DNA from: Fimicolochytrium jonesii
Taxonomy: Eukaryota
Direction of reading: 5' to 3'
Length of the DNA: 64,000 nt
Assembly: GCF_025526975.1 (NCBI RefSeq)
Contig: NW_026515678.1
Coordinates: 62,001 to 126,000, forward strand
Position numbers and translations under genes: made by a program. The notes below the pieces were generated by a model, which searched no databases, had not been told where the DNA came from, and saw only the letters and a program-made list of their open reading frames with translations. This document shows positions 24,167 through 36,958 of this stretch, one piece after another (within the stretch, counting starts at the first letter, position 1; each line of letters begins with the position of its first letter).

Positions 24167-27070
24167 ATGAGTGCCATCCACTGCTTCTTCTGCGGCGGCA
24201 AAGACTGCAAGTGGGAAAACTGGAAACCCTGGGCGGAGAAGACAAAGACCAACGCCGTGGATGGGCTGTATTCTAACTGGTACGCCTTGCATGCAGTACG
24301 TTCAGATAGCTGCCGAAGGGTGACGTTTGACATGTTTTCGTCCAACGTCGTCGTAGGATCACAGGCCGTATCCTAGCAATGCAACGACCATCCTCGCGCT
24401 TGATAGCCGAGTACGCATTGACGCAGAAGTTTCAGGAGCTTGGGATAGCTTCCATCTTCAATCTGGAGGAGTTTGGCGAACACGCGTCGTGTGGTGATGG
24501 GATTGAGGTTGCGAGCGGGTTTTCGTATCTGCCCGAGGCATGGATGGATGCGGGAGGTACATACATCTCATCATTTGCGAGAGTTGTCTCTGGAATAGAG
24601 GCTGAAGTGCCAATGATTCGATTCCCAACAGTCTTCTACTATAACTTTGGCTGGCAAGACATGGTACCGTCATCCGCACACGTTACACTCTAAACTTGAC
24701 CAACCACTAAGAGGCTCTACTACCCCATTACATCCAGAACGTCCCAGACTTCAGTCATATGCTAAGCATAGCCCAAGTAATGGCGCACGCTCTTGAAGAA
24801 GGACAAAAGGTGAGCCCGGAAAGGTGGTGGAACCCATCCCAGCAAACACCAACCCTTCCCTTTTAGTATATGCTGAGTCACTATCTCCAACGTCTCGGCA
24901 GATTGCGGTTCACTGTCACGCTGGGCTAGGTGCGAATTTGTTATCCGTGGACTTTCGGTGTCGGTGGAAAGCGTTTGATTCTCTGTTTCGACTTCTGCGC
25001 GAAATCAGGTCGAACGGGGCTGGCGATTGCGTGCTACCTGGTGTACGGAGAGAACATGGATAGCAACACGGTGCGTTTGTCAAGTCGTTTTATCCTGTAT
25101 TAGGCCATGGGCACGATGCTAAATGTTTCTCACTTCAGGCGATAGAGCTGGTCCGCACCCAAAGGTACGTCCACGTCATTGCGCGATTCGACTGGAAATC
25201 AGGACACCTCATCGAAGATTGATAGACCGCTGTCCGTGCAAACACGGAAACAAGCCCTGTTCGTGCATCAGTTCGAAGAGTACGTCAAGCCCTTCAAAGG
25301 TGAGAAACAACTAATTTACTGCGGTTTAGTATCCATCGTCCTCCTCACGGGTGCTCATCATTTCATCCAACCTGCTTTGGCTAGTCTACTTCCCAGGAAT
25401 ATGCTCACGAAGCCCGACCGAGTACTCATCCGTCGACCTGCTGACACTGGAAATGGTCCTGCAAAACCAACGACGGTACTTCCATGGGAGTCAGCAGCGC
25501 GTCATGCGGTTCGTTCCCAAGGTAAGGCCTCATCACCAGAACAATGTAGATGAAATGGAATCTTCTAGCTGATCGAATCTCCGCTTCGGGTGTGCTTGAA
25601 CACAGATTGTGAAAACAATCGTAGATCGCTTGACCACACCGCCTTCCGACTCTGCAGATCCGGCGCAAAGAGAGGAGTTCGGCGCTCGCATTGCGGCTGC
25701 GATTGCGGGGTATGAAGGTGTTGCGAGCGTTACGGAGCCGTTGATCAGCCTACTGGTATGTTAAGCATCTGTGAATTTGGAGTACCTGGAGCGGAATTGG
25801 GGTTGACGGAATAAATGCAGGCAGAGGTGAATGCAGGACATTGGGATGTCATCACGAAGCATAATGATGATGTGCTGTTAGTCCAGTTGTTGTTGTACTG
25901 GGTCACATCTTTGAAGGTATGGGTCTTTCAAACCGCCGCCCTTAAGCTAGCTAGGTTGAACTCCCGTATCGCAGGATCCACTGATTCCCAACGACCTTGT
26001 CGCCGCCATTCAAACGCTAAGCAATCCACAAGACATCCTAGCGCTCTTCGACAAAAGCCTCCTTGCAACCATCAGCTACCTCCTCAAACCACTCCGACAG
26101 GTAAGTCCTTATCCCATCATCAAACCCCTCTTCACCACCCCCTCACAAAACAAAACCACAGCCCACCCTCCCATCAACCCTCATAACCACCTCCCTCCAA
26201 ACCCTCGCCACCCTCACCACCGCCCACCGCACAACAATCAAACGCCCCTACCGCCCGCAACTTCTCTACAGCAACGGTGTCACACCACCTCTCCCTGTTG
26301 TACAACCGCAGTGGAGGGCGTGGGCGCCGCATAGTAGGAGTAATTCGACGAAGGCTGATGGTGCGCGTGCGAGGAGTAGTTCGAGGGGCAGAGATGAGAG
26401 TCCGACGCCGAGGACGCCGAAAATGGGAACAGCGGGGGTGCTGGGATCACAAACTCCTGAGACGGGACGTGCTTCCCCGGTCCCGACAACGACGAGTCCC
26501 ACCGAAGCCCCCCCGACAACAACAATAACAACAGACGAAATCCCTCTCATCGTCACCGTCCTTCACTACATGCTCCAAAACCCCACCACCGACCCAACAT
26601 CACCCATCAACCGCACAACCAAACCCGACGACGAACCTGAACCCACCATCGAACTCGCAAAACGCGGTTTCTCAACCCTCTCCCAACTAAGTCTCTCCGC
26701 CATCCCCAACCCCTCAAAAACAGCATCCATCATCTTCCCCGACACCCCACCGCCACCCCTGCCCTTCCGCCCGCCTACCACCCCCTCCGAACCCCTCCCC
26801 TCGACCCCTTCCCACCCAACAACCTACTGGGCCTGCATCCTCGTCCTCCTCGACACCCTCATCGACGCACACCTCTTTACGCCCGAACAGGGGAGTGAGT
26901 TACGAAAACTCGCAATGCTGAAAAGTGATGCTTTGGAGATTGCGTATGAGGCTTATGGGAGGGGGGATGAGGTGGGAGGTGAGAGAGATGGCGGGCAGGA
27001 GTTGGGGGAACGGTATGGACGGTTTGTGAGGGCTGTGGGGGCGTTGCGGGGGATTGCGGGTGAGGGGTGA
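24167..27070 (+). CDS. PTPDC1-like protein tyrosine/dual-specificity phosphatase, many small exons
   Basis: CFFCGGKDCKWE, GLYSNW/ITDRILAMQRPS, GEHASCGDG and the catalytic VHCHAGLGRTG (split by an intron). Confidence 0.85.
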
Positions 27071-27394
27071 GGGGTGAGGAAAGCCGGACAGCGGGGCATT
27101 GGACGTTTTCATGTTTTTGACACGCTTTGGACGTTTTTTCTTTCGTAGTCGGGACGCTTTTTGGATGTATATGTAAGAAGTCCCGGGTTTTGTGTAAACA
27201 ATCTTGAGAAGAATGTTGTTGTGAAAGAAAGTCTGTTGTGCCTCGAATCTCCGATGGCCAGATAAGCAAAGAGCTATGAAGGATAGAAAAGGACTCTCAT
27301 GACAGAGTGTCCTGTATTTTGTATTGCTGATGGAAAAAAGATGCAAGCACACACACAAAAGCAAGAGTAGATCATGGGAACGACGTTGCAGTCC

Positions 27395-29340
27395 CTAAGC
27401 AGAAGCAGCCACCGCCATCTGCTCATCGATCCTCAAATCCTTCTCCACAACCAACTGCTCCACGCCATATCCCATCCCCACTCCAGCGCGTCCACCAACG
27501 GCCTCCCAATCCTGCTCCTTCCTCAATCCACGTTCCTTCCAGATGCCCTCGAGCGCATCCACAAGCACATCCATGAGCTCGGGGCCATGTCCGGGTGTGG
27601 GCGTGATACGCAAACGTTCCTCGCCGACGGACACGGTGGGGTAATTGATACTCTGCACGTAAATCTTGTGTTTGTAGAGTAACTCATCCGAAATAGATTT
27701 AGCGGTCTCGGCGTCGCCGACGAGGACGGGGACGATGTGGGAAGGGTTGGGGACGACTGGGATGCCGAGGTGGCCGAGGCGGGCTTTGAGGGCGCGGGTG
27801 TTGAGTTGTTGGCCGGTGCGTTCGGCACGGGATTGTTTCAGATAGCGGATGGAGGTGAGGGCGCCGGCGACGACGACGGGGGGGAGGGAGGTGGTAAAGA
27901 TGAAGCCGGGGGCGTAGCTGCGGATCATATCGACAAGGGGCGCGGAGCCGGCTGGAATAGAAGGACGAAATGTAAGGACATCGATTGAAATAGACTAGGG
28001 TGTGCGACGGCGATATATACGTACCGATATATCCTCCAACAACTCCATAAGCCTTGCCAAGCGTTCCAGTGATGATATCAATATCGTCCATGGCATCAAT
28101 ATACTCGGCAACACCAGCACCGCGCGAGCCGTACATGCCAACTGCGTGAACTTCATCCAAGAAGGTGATGGCATTGTACTTTTTCGCCAGGGCAGCAATC
28201 TCCTTGATCGGGCCAATGGATCCGCACATGGAGTAGACAGATTCAAAGGCGATGATTTTGGGCGTGTTGATGTCCACCGATTGGAGGAGAGACTCCAGGT
28301 GAGCCACGTCGTTGTGACGGAAAATCTTTTTGGCGGCACGCGAGTTGCGGATACCCTGAATCATGGAGGCGTGGTTTGACGAGTCGGAGAAGATGACACA
28401 CCCGGGCATTTTGCCGGCCAATGTCGAGAGAGTGGCATCGTTTGCCACAAAGCATGAGGAGAACACGAGAGCACCCGATTTCTTGTGAAGATCCGCAAGC
28501 TCGTGCTCTAAGCTCAAGTGAAGCTGGGCATTGCCGGCAATGTTCCGGGTTCCGCCCGCTCCAGCACCATATTTGTCAAGTGTCGCCCTGATGAAATAGA
28601 GAGAATTCGGTAAGCAGACTGGACAAGAATGAGATCGTTGCAATTATGGAAACATACTTCATAACGTCAATGACTTCAGGATGCTTGCTCATTCCCAAGT
28701 AATCGTTTGAGCACCAAACAGTGACATGTTCACCAGTTCCAGTGTGTGCTGTAGGAAACTTCTGAGCCAACCTGTTGATGTTGTTAAAGTACCGGTAACT
28801 CTTATCCTTGTGCTTTTTCTCGAGCTCAGTCTGGTAGAAAGACTCGTAATCGAATTTCTTCTGAGCAGACTGAGCAGGGCGCGCAGCAGGCAACGACGCC
28901 AATCTCTCAGCATGGTTGGCGTGAGGAGCTTCTCCGTGCTGCTGGTGCGGGACAGGGCACCTGCCAGCGGGAGCGGGAGCAGGAGCAGCCGCCGATTTGG
29001 TAGGGATGAATTCCGGAGTAGCGGTACGAGCAGGCACGCTGGACAAACCATCGACAACAGCAGCGTAAGGGCAGATAGCAGACGAGTGCATGGACTTAGC
29101 GCCCTTGCCCACCGAGTGGTGGTTGGCCGGCGGAGTAGGAGCCTTGTTCTTGACGGACTGAACAGCCAACGCCTTGGACATGACGGGGCATCGCTGGGCG
29201 GAGGCGAACAAGGCGCTAGAACGCTTGCCGGTGGCACTGCCGGAAGTGACCGAAAGAGTGGACAGCTTCCTCAAGGCCGACACGGGAGTGCGGGCCAGGA
29301 ATGGGCAAGAGCGGGACACGTTGGAAAGAAGAGCCTCCAT
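27395..29340 (-). CDS. HEM1: Mitochondrial 5-aminolevulinate synthase, 3 exons
   Basis: [47 protein letters not shown] lysine motif GTLGKAYG and [10 protein letters not shown]. Confidence 0.97.
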
Positions 29341-32098
29341 TGCGTCGTTTGCTTTTGATGATCGGAGTGGTGAGCACGAGTGAGGGTTGTCTGCTACAAC
29401 GAGAGCGATAGTTTCGCCTGAGAGTCCTCTAGTATTCAGTGATAGGATATGCAGTAGCCTATGTCTTCGTCGGACGATTAAGCAGCAAGCGGAGCGCAAC
29501 TGGGAATCTTGCGGAAGGATAGCGTGGGAAAATTCCGGCGTCCTTTTTGGCTCTTCTCTTCGAGTCTCCTGGTCTCGTGGGCCCCACCCAATAATCAGGG
29601 CACTCATGATTAGACAACGCCCGTTGCTTTCTGGCCCCGCGTGATTAGACCCCCCTAATGTGGATGGGCACCACGGCCTCGCTGAATGATTAGACTTTGT
29701 CCAATTGGGGAGCCAGAAGAGATGAGAGGCACATGCGCCGTACTCCCACATGGTACTCTCCCGCGCTTCCCAAACAAAGCGGGCCGCATTCATTCGAAAC
29801 GCGCTGGAGTGGTGCGCGGCATTCTCTCGCATCCGTTCAGATGGTCGACGATTCCATATGGTTTTTGTTCGCGCACCCTGTGAAGATGGTGAGATGCACC
29901 TTGCGGCGAAGTCTCCGTCCCCACACCGCGCACCCCGTGATTGTGGGGTAGTACAACCGCATCATAGTCTCAAGTTCATCCGCCTCTCGGGTTTCTTCCC
30001 TGGGCCCGATTGTAATGAGTCAAGGATGCTGTCAAAAGAAGCAGTGCCCAACTCCCGCCCAACTCCAGATCCAGTCTTTCCCATTTCACAGCGAGAATCA
30101 GCAGTGCAAAATGCACCTTCATTGAGCAACTACCACATATGCGCAAAGCAGGCGGCATGGGGGGCTCCGACATGCGGGTCGGCTCGCGTGGAAAATGCAA
30201 CCGATACCAGGTTCGCCTCAAAATAGTGCTTTCCTCTCAGGCGGGCGAGGGAGCTCTATCACGTACCAGTCCTTCCGGATTCTAGCACAGAAATGCACTC
30301 CGCATTGAACTCCCCTCCGCTTCTTCGAACGGGATTCGACTCCAAAACATAGAACCCCATAAACACCTAATTCCCCCGCGATTCTCGGTCTCAAACCCCA
30401 GACTCCCAAACACCGCCTGGACGCGACCGAGAACGGCATCTTCCCCTGAATCCCTCTCTGCGTAATCCACACAACCCGCGCGCTGCCTCATTTGCGTAGT
30501 CCTTTCCTTCTCGTCGGGGAGGATTGCAAAGAGGTGGGGTTGGAGCCGGGTGTGGGACGTTACTGTGTTCCGCTCGGTTTGGCGTTGTTTATCGCCGCGG
30601 CCGAGCCATCGCATCAACAGATTCCAGTTTCGTTGAAACAAGGTCAGTCCCACACCCGTTGTGGGCATGTTCCTCGCGGACCCGCGCTTTCGGGCGTCTT
30701 TGCGCGCCGCTTGGCGGGTGGAGATGGACGTGGGCCGTCCGTCTACGATGCGATGAATTCGGGGTGTTGACGAGCGGGATGAGGAGATCGCTGTGGCTGT
30801 CGAGGTGGTGGTTCAAGTAGGAGATGAAGGTTCCGATGTGAAAGGTTGGGGGGTCAATGTATTCGTCGATGAGATGGATGTGGGGAGAATTTCCAACAGG
30901 GAGGACGATCCGGGGATGCCGGCTTCAGAACTGCTCAGGCGTACAGTAGCGCTCAACCAGTTGACATGCTTCGATATATGAAACCGCCGTCGAAACCCTG
31001 TTCCCTCAGACCGACGGCAACCGGTGTACAGTCAATGGACATAAAGCTGTGTCCACCCTCTAATTGAAATCAGTATCGTGCACGTAATGTCACAACCCAC
31101 AAGCCACTGTCCAACGCTTGTGCAACTTCGCAACACCGCATGGCTTCATACGCGCAAGATCCCATAGGTGCAACTGGACGGGACGCGATCGGCAGCTGCC
31201 ATCTCAACTTTTTCAAAGATCCGAAGCATGTGCATATCGTGGAATTTCACGCCTTCGTTCTCGGAGGTATGCCATCCAGTGTTTGATCCCATCCACCGAA
31301 CTCTCCAAACTGTGCATCCGCTTCATGCTTGCGCGCCCGCTTATAAAAGGCCGGGGATGGCTGCTAGCGTCCTCCCTTCTCCCCACCCAAGCACGCATCA
31401 AGACTCCATTCAAAGAGCAGCGCATCAACAAGATGCCATCTCAAAGCGCTCATAGAAGTTTACAACAACTAGACGGAAGAAGAATCTCATAATCATGCGG
31501 GAGGGCTAATGTTTGAACAGCGGGGGCTGGGTTTGCTTCCGGGTATCCCGCTGTTCGGCATGCTTTCGTCTTGTGACGGAATGTGTCCGTTGCTTGCTCT
31601 TCTTTCCTCCAGTTGCTGTTATTCTTCTATTTGCGGAACAGACATGAATTATGAGGTCGTTTGTTATGTGAGGTGTGCTGAATGCGGTTGTGATGCTTTT
31701 GCGATTGCGGCAGGCTTCTCGGTTTGAAGCCAGCGAATGTCGAAAAATATAAGATCACGTGCCCTTCAAATAAATGTGTTCTGGCGCGTGTGTCGCTCTT
31801 GCCGGCGTCCTTGATTTTCCGAAGGAGGCCTTCCAGGCAGTTCAGAGATTCCCAACGCAAATCACTGTGGTAAGTGAGCGATATCCAGAGGACAGTGTTC
31901 TGCTTTTTGTAGGCCCCTGCAAGAAGGGGAAGAGGCACTAGACGAAAACCCTCTGTCTGCGTGTGGCGGTCCGCGTGTTTTTCGGGGAGAAGTTCCACCC
32001 CCATTGCTCTTTGCCTGACGGTATTGTCCCACCATCAGGTTCCGAGTCCCCATCTGCACAAGCACTCACCGACATCGAGAGATACATATTTGCCTATA

Positions 32099-32611
32099 AT
32101 GTACCGCCCCATAACCCAAGCCCTAGCCCGAACAACCCGCACCGCTCTCCGCCCCCACCACATCACCCCCCTCACCCGCCTCGCCTCCACCACCGGCCCC
32201 TCCACCCCCGAATTCCCCGACTGGTCCCGCAAACCCCCCGTCCCCGACGACCCCACCCAACCCGACTACCTCCCCCTCATCCAAATTCCCCGCCCCGTTC
32301 GCCCCGCCTCGGAGCCCACGGAAACCAAACGCGCGCGCCTGGTCTACGCATCCCGCAAGCGCGGGATCCTCGAAACCGATCTGATTCTCTCCACCTTTGC
32401 CCGCGACCACCTTGGGACTCTAACCCGGGAAGAGCTGATTGAGTATGATGACTTTCTGGAGGAGAATGATTGGGACATTTATTATTGGGTTACGGGCACG
32501 CCCGGGAAGATTGTGCCGCAGAGGGTGAAGGAGTTCAAGGTGTTTCCGAGGTTGGTGGAGCATGCGAAGAATAAGGGGAGAAGGATTTTGAGGATGCCGG
32601 ATTTGGATTAG
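32099..32611 (+). CDS. SDH5: Succinate dehydrogenase flavinylation factor (SDHAF2)
   Basis: Mitochondrial-type leader. KRARLVYASRKRGILETDLILSTFA...ENDWDIYYW. Confidence 0.95.
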   Translation: MYRPITQALARTTRTALRPHHITPLTRLASTTGPSTPEFPDWSRKPPVPDDPTQPDYLPLIQIPRPVRPASEPTETKRARLVYASRKRGILETDLILSTFARDHLGTLTREELIEYDDFLEENDWDIYYWVTGTPGKIVPQRVKEFKVFPRLVEHAKNKGRRILRMPDLD

Positions 32612-33290
32612 ATGCGTGGATTGGTGCTGGAATTTTGAAAGGGGTTGGACTAGAGCGATTGTGCGAAGGACCTACGGCTCTTTGGGAAGCCAGATGAATC
32701 GACGTGAAAAGTGATCGAGGAGAGCAGCAAGCAACGCGCCACCGCACAGTTTACGCAACGACTCGCGCGGAACAGTCGGTCCCAGTCCGGATGCTCACAA
32801 GCCAATTTACGGATTGGGTCGAGGACGTGCATTGAAACTGCGAGCTGGCAGGGGGTTCAGAGAGAAATGCCGAGAGAGGAGGATGTTTCTCTCACAATCC
32901 TGCATGTCAGCGGCACGGAATCATCGTTCCATAGGAGAAGGGCCTTCTTCTGCTAATCCCTTCTCAAATTAGTTTAGTCCTGTCATGTCATATCAACGTC
33001 AGATGGTGGCTTGCCATCTTGTAAATAATGGTGGCCGCATATAAGTGACCGTATCAATGCACTGCACTCCCGATCTATCAACCGAATAATCCATGTCGCC
33101 TCTCCGAGGAAACTACAGCAGAAGAATCAAGGGCACTGGTTTTCTTAATTATAATTACAGACGACGGTTTTTTTCTCAGTTTGCTTTTATCTACACAAAT
33201 ACGGTATCGCTCCCCCCTGGTTGGTCCAGTTCCCTCATCATTCTGTACAAACTTGCAGGGCACCCCTCAGCGACGACTCAGATCCATCAT

Positions 33291-35267
33291 CTACTGCCTC
33301 TCACGGGCCCTGTGGAAAAAAGAGGTGTGAGGACACTGTGGGCCCAAGGAGGGGTGGTATACAAGAGCGAGGAAAGAGAAGGACTTCTTACCTAGGTGCG
33401 CAGCGGATGATATCGTCAACGCGCAGAATCAGCTCCGCGGCTTCCGACGCTGATAGCAAGACTTGCTTCTTCAGCTTGAAGGACTCTGTGATGCCCAGCT
33501 CCCGCACGTCACCGATAATGCCGAGGTCCATGTCTAGAATTACGCAGTCAATTAGTCGCTCAAATGGGAGGCAGGGGTGTCAAGAATCACACAAAGTGAG
33601 GGGTACGTACTCAATCCATAGTTGCTCTGCCCCTTGTGATGCGCCGCACGCAGCTCAGCAACAAGCTCAGCACTGTCGTATCCCGCGTTGTCAGCCAAGA
33701 TGGTAGGAAGCTGACGAAGCGCCTTTGCAAACGCCTCGCACGCAATCGCCTTCTTGCCGGGGGTCGTGACGGCGACCTCCTCGACGGCCTTGGCCATGAG
33801 CATCTCGGCGCAACCTCCACCGAGCGTCGTTCTTGGCTCCTTGACGGTCTGGGAGAGCACGCAAAGGGCGTCGTGGAGGGACCGTTCGGCTTCGTCCAAA
33901 AGCTGGTGTGTCGCACCTCGCAGGACGATCGTGCAGGCTTCACCGGCAGCGACGCCGGAGAACTTGATCAGACGGTCTTCGCCGATGATGACCTCTTCAA
34001 TCACGTCACATTGGCCGAGCTTCACAAGCTCCGGGTGGTCGAAGGTAGAGGTGATCTCGCCTCCGGTCACGAGAGCCAGCCTTTCGATTCCGTCAAAGTC
34101 CGCGTGCTCGATGGCCATGATGCCGGCATCAGCAAAGAGCTGTTCTGGCCAGTTGTAGATCAATTGGCGGTTGACGAAGCAGTTGATACCGTGGGCCTTG
34201 ATCTTTTCCACCTTCTCCTTCATCTTGTCCTTCTCAGCGCGCTCAAGCTCGGCGAGCTTGCCGGTCGCATCGACACGAACGCGGGCGCCAAAGATCTTCA
34301 CCTTGTCGGTGTCCATGGGAGTGTTGGCGACAAGGATCTTTGCGTTTTCTATCCTTTTGGGTTGGTTGACACCGATCTTCTTGTCGAGAATGAAACCAGG
34401 AGAAAGGTACGAGTCCGTGAGCTTGCCTCCGGGCTTCTTGATGATTTGAATGTTGTCCAGGTTGGTGCTTCCCTGTGAAAGAGAGATGGTTAGTTAGATT
34501 CCTGCAGTAAATCCAGGGCGTGGGAACATCCTAAATCTCACCTTCAATCGAAGCACCGCATCGACAGCCAAATTAGAAAAGTACTCCTTATCTTGAGACA
34601 GCACCTTCGAGCTCAGTGTAGTCTTTGCAATGTTCATCAAATCTTCCCTAAACTCCACAGGGTTTGTGCTGTGGTCCTTCGCGGACGCCTCGAGTGCTTT
34701 ATACGCGGCAGCAGACGCGATCCGGTAGCCCTCGATGATGGTCTGGGGGTGGATGTGCTGGTGAACCAGCTTCTCCCCTTCACGAAGGAGCTCGGCAGCC
34801 AACACGCAGACAGATGTGGTTCCATCGCCGACCTCGTCGTCCTGCACTTTCGAGATGTTGACGAGGACCTTTGCTGCGGCGTTGTCGAGCGCGATGGATT
34901 TCAGGATCGTTGCGCCGTCGTTCGTAACAATAATGTTTCCGGTACTCATAGACTGTAACGTCTTGTCCATGCCTTTTGGGCCGAGCGTCGTTTTAACGAG
35001 ATCTCCCACGGCTATTGCGCCGACAAAGGAAGCCTGCGAAAGGTTATGGAGTTTAAGTAAATCTGGGCTAACATACTACACCGTGCTTCCTCGTCCACAC
35101 TCCACAGATACGCACCAATCGAGCATTCTCAGCCCTCTCCTCCGTCGCATTGTCTTTGAAAAGTTCCACTGGTGCTAAACTCTAGATTACGACTGCAAGT
35201 TAGACTCCGGTCCGCGCGCCACGCAAGATCGAGGGAAAACATGCACCGCAGCCAAAGTACGCACCAT
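33291..35267 (-). CDS. CCT2: Chaperonin CCT/TRiC subunit beta
   Basis: [31 protein letters not shown] and [16 protein letters not shown]. First exon is a lone ATG; last exon RARERQ*. Confidence 0.97.
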
Positions 35268-36958
35268 GACGGGCAAGTATGTGATCCGTTAACAGGTAGG
35301 TAGTGCTATGTACAAATACGATAGCTCTGAAGCCTTGAGGGTCCGTGTACAGTTGTCAGACGGGGAGATGCTTCTCAGACGACTGCGTATGGGGAAGTCG
35401 GACGGATTGGAGTCTGGCCGGCGTTTAATGTCAAACACGCTATATCACGTGACTGACATTGCAAGTAATATTAGTCCGTCTGCCCATTCGGATATGGGCC
35501 CCGTCGAGAAGGTCCAAGCAGTATCAATGCAGCACTCCCAGTCGGCCATAGTCCAGCAGTCCTTTCTCCTTATCGCTACTTGACAGAGTATGGTCTCAAA
35601 GCACACCGGCTCACGAAGATGGACTCCGGAACAGAAATCTTGTTCCACAACCCCATCCCTGTCACGCTCAAACACCAGGAGACAGGGTACGGCTTATGGT
35701 TCGACGATCCCAGAGTTGAGGACGAGGGGGGCGATACAATCCCGGTGGCGGCGAGATCATTGGTAACATCGTGTATTTTTTATGTCCGTTGTCTTTATGA
35801 TCTGGGCTTGGTGTACCGCGCGTAATGGTAATGGACAAACTCCTCTTTCATACATGAGCACACTGGGGCATACGGTGCGTTGTGAAAACTTTGGAGCCCT
35901 TTAGACAGGCTTCATTTGCTGCTTATTATGTGGGAGGACGGCTGTCCTGATGGGAATCCCCAGCTTCGTCAGCTTCACCAGTGCACCATGCTCCTTATCA
36001 GCGTAATTTGCCTCCTTAATGGCTGGGCGCCTGCGTTTGAGTTCGCATGATTAGTCGGTGGGGACAATACATTATTGCATACATTCTCGTAGCCCGGTGA
36101 GTTCGGCGTCAAATGTGGCGCATCTTTTTGGGTAATCCATCTCCTCTGCTACGGGTTCCCAACCTGTGTTCAGAGCATGTTGTCCTCTCAAGTTTGAGAC
36201 TTTCGCGGTTCAGGTCGCTGACAGTGTGGGAGGGATCACGGTGGGGGGAACCCGGCGAACTGGTGGGTCGGAAATTCCCAGGGTGATTGATGACGGGATC
36301 GCATCGCCTTCGTCTGCTGAAGGAAGCATATGTAAGAACATATGAGGTGATAACCTGACGACACCTTTGACCTACCACGGTGGAGACTGCTCACATCCCG
36401 AACGGCTGTATCCGTGGGCACCCTCTGATAAGGCTCTCAGTCTGTCGGCCGCAGGAAGCTGTAGGAGGAGCCCCCACAAGTCTGGCCCGCCTCAAACGCG
36501 CTTAACGAGGTCCGACACGCTCATCAGGTCAGCTCCCTCTCTCGCAGAACTCAACATTATTCCCACGCTCAGAACTCAGAAGGAGGGCCATATTGCTGAT
36601 AGGAGGAGAAAGCGCTCATACATACACGGTTGACCCAGGCGAGGCGGCAGTCTGCAGACATACTTGCTACGAAGCAACTGCGCTGGTCTTCGCGTAGAGA
36701 TTCTGGATTTCGCTATAGTTCACGGTGCCCAACTCCGACGCTGCATTGCCCACGGGACCCTGGGAACGAAGCATCGCTAGTCACTCGACAGGAAGCGCCG
36801 AAGGAAGAAGATACCCGTTGGCAAAGTAGGACTCAGCCTGAATAATAACGAGCGTGGTTGGGTGCAATCGTGGAGAAAACGCGAAGGAAAGCCGGACGAT
36901 CGTCCTCGGCTGCGGGCTCGGAACTCTCGGAACCTTCGGACATCCCTACGAATAGACG

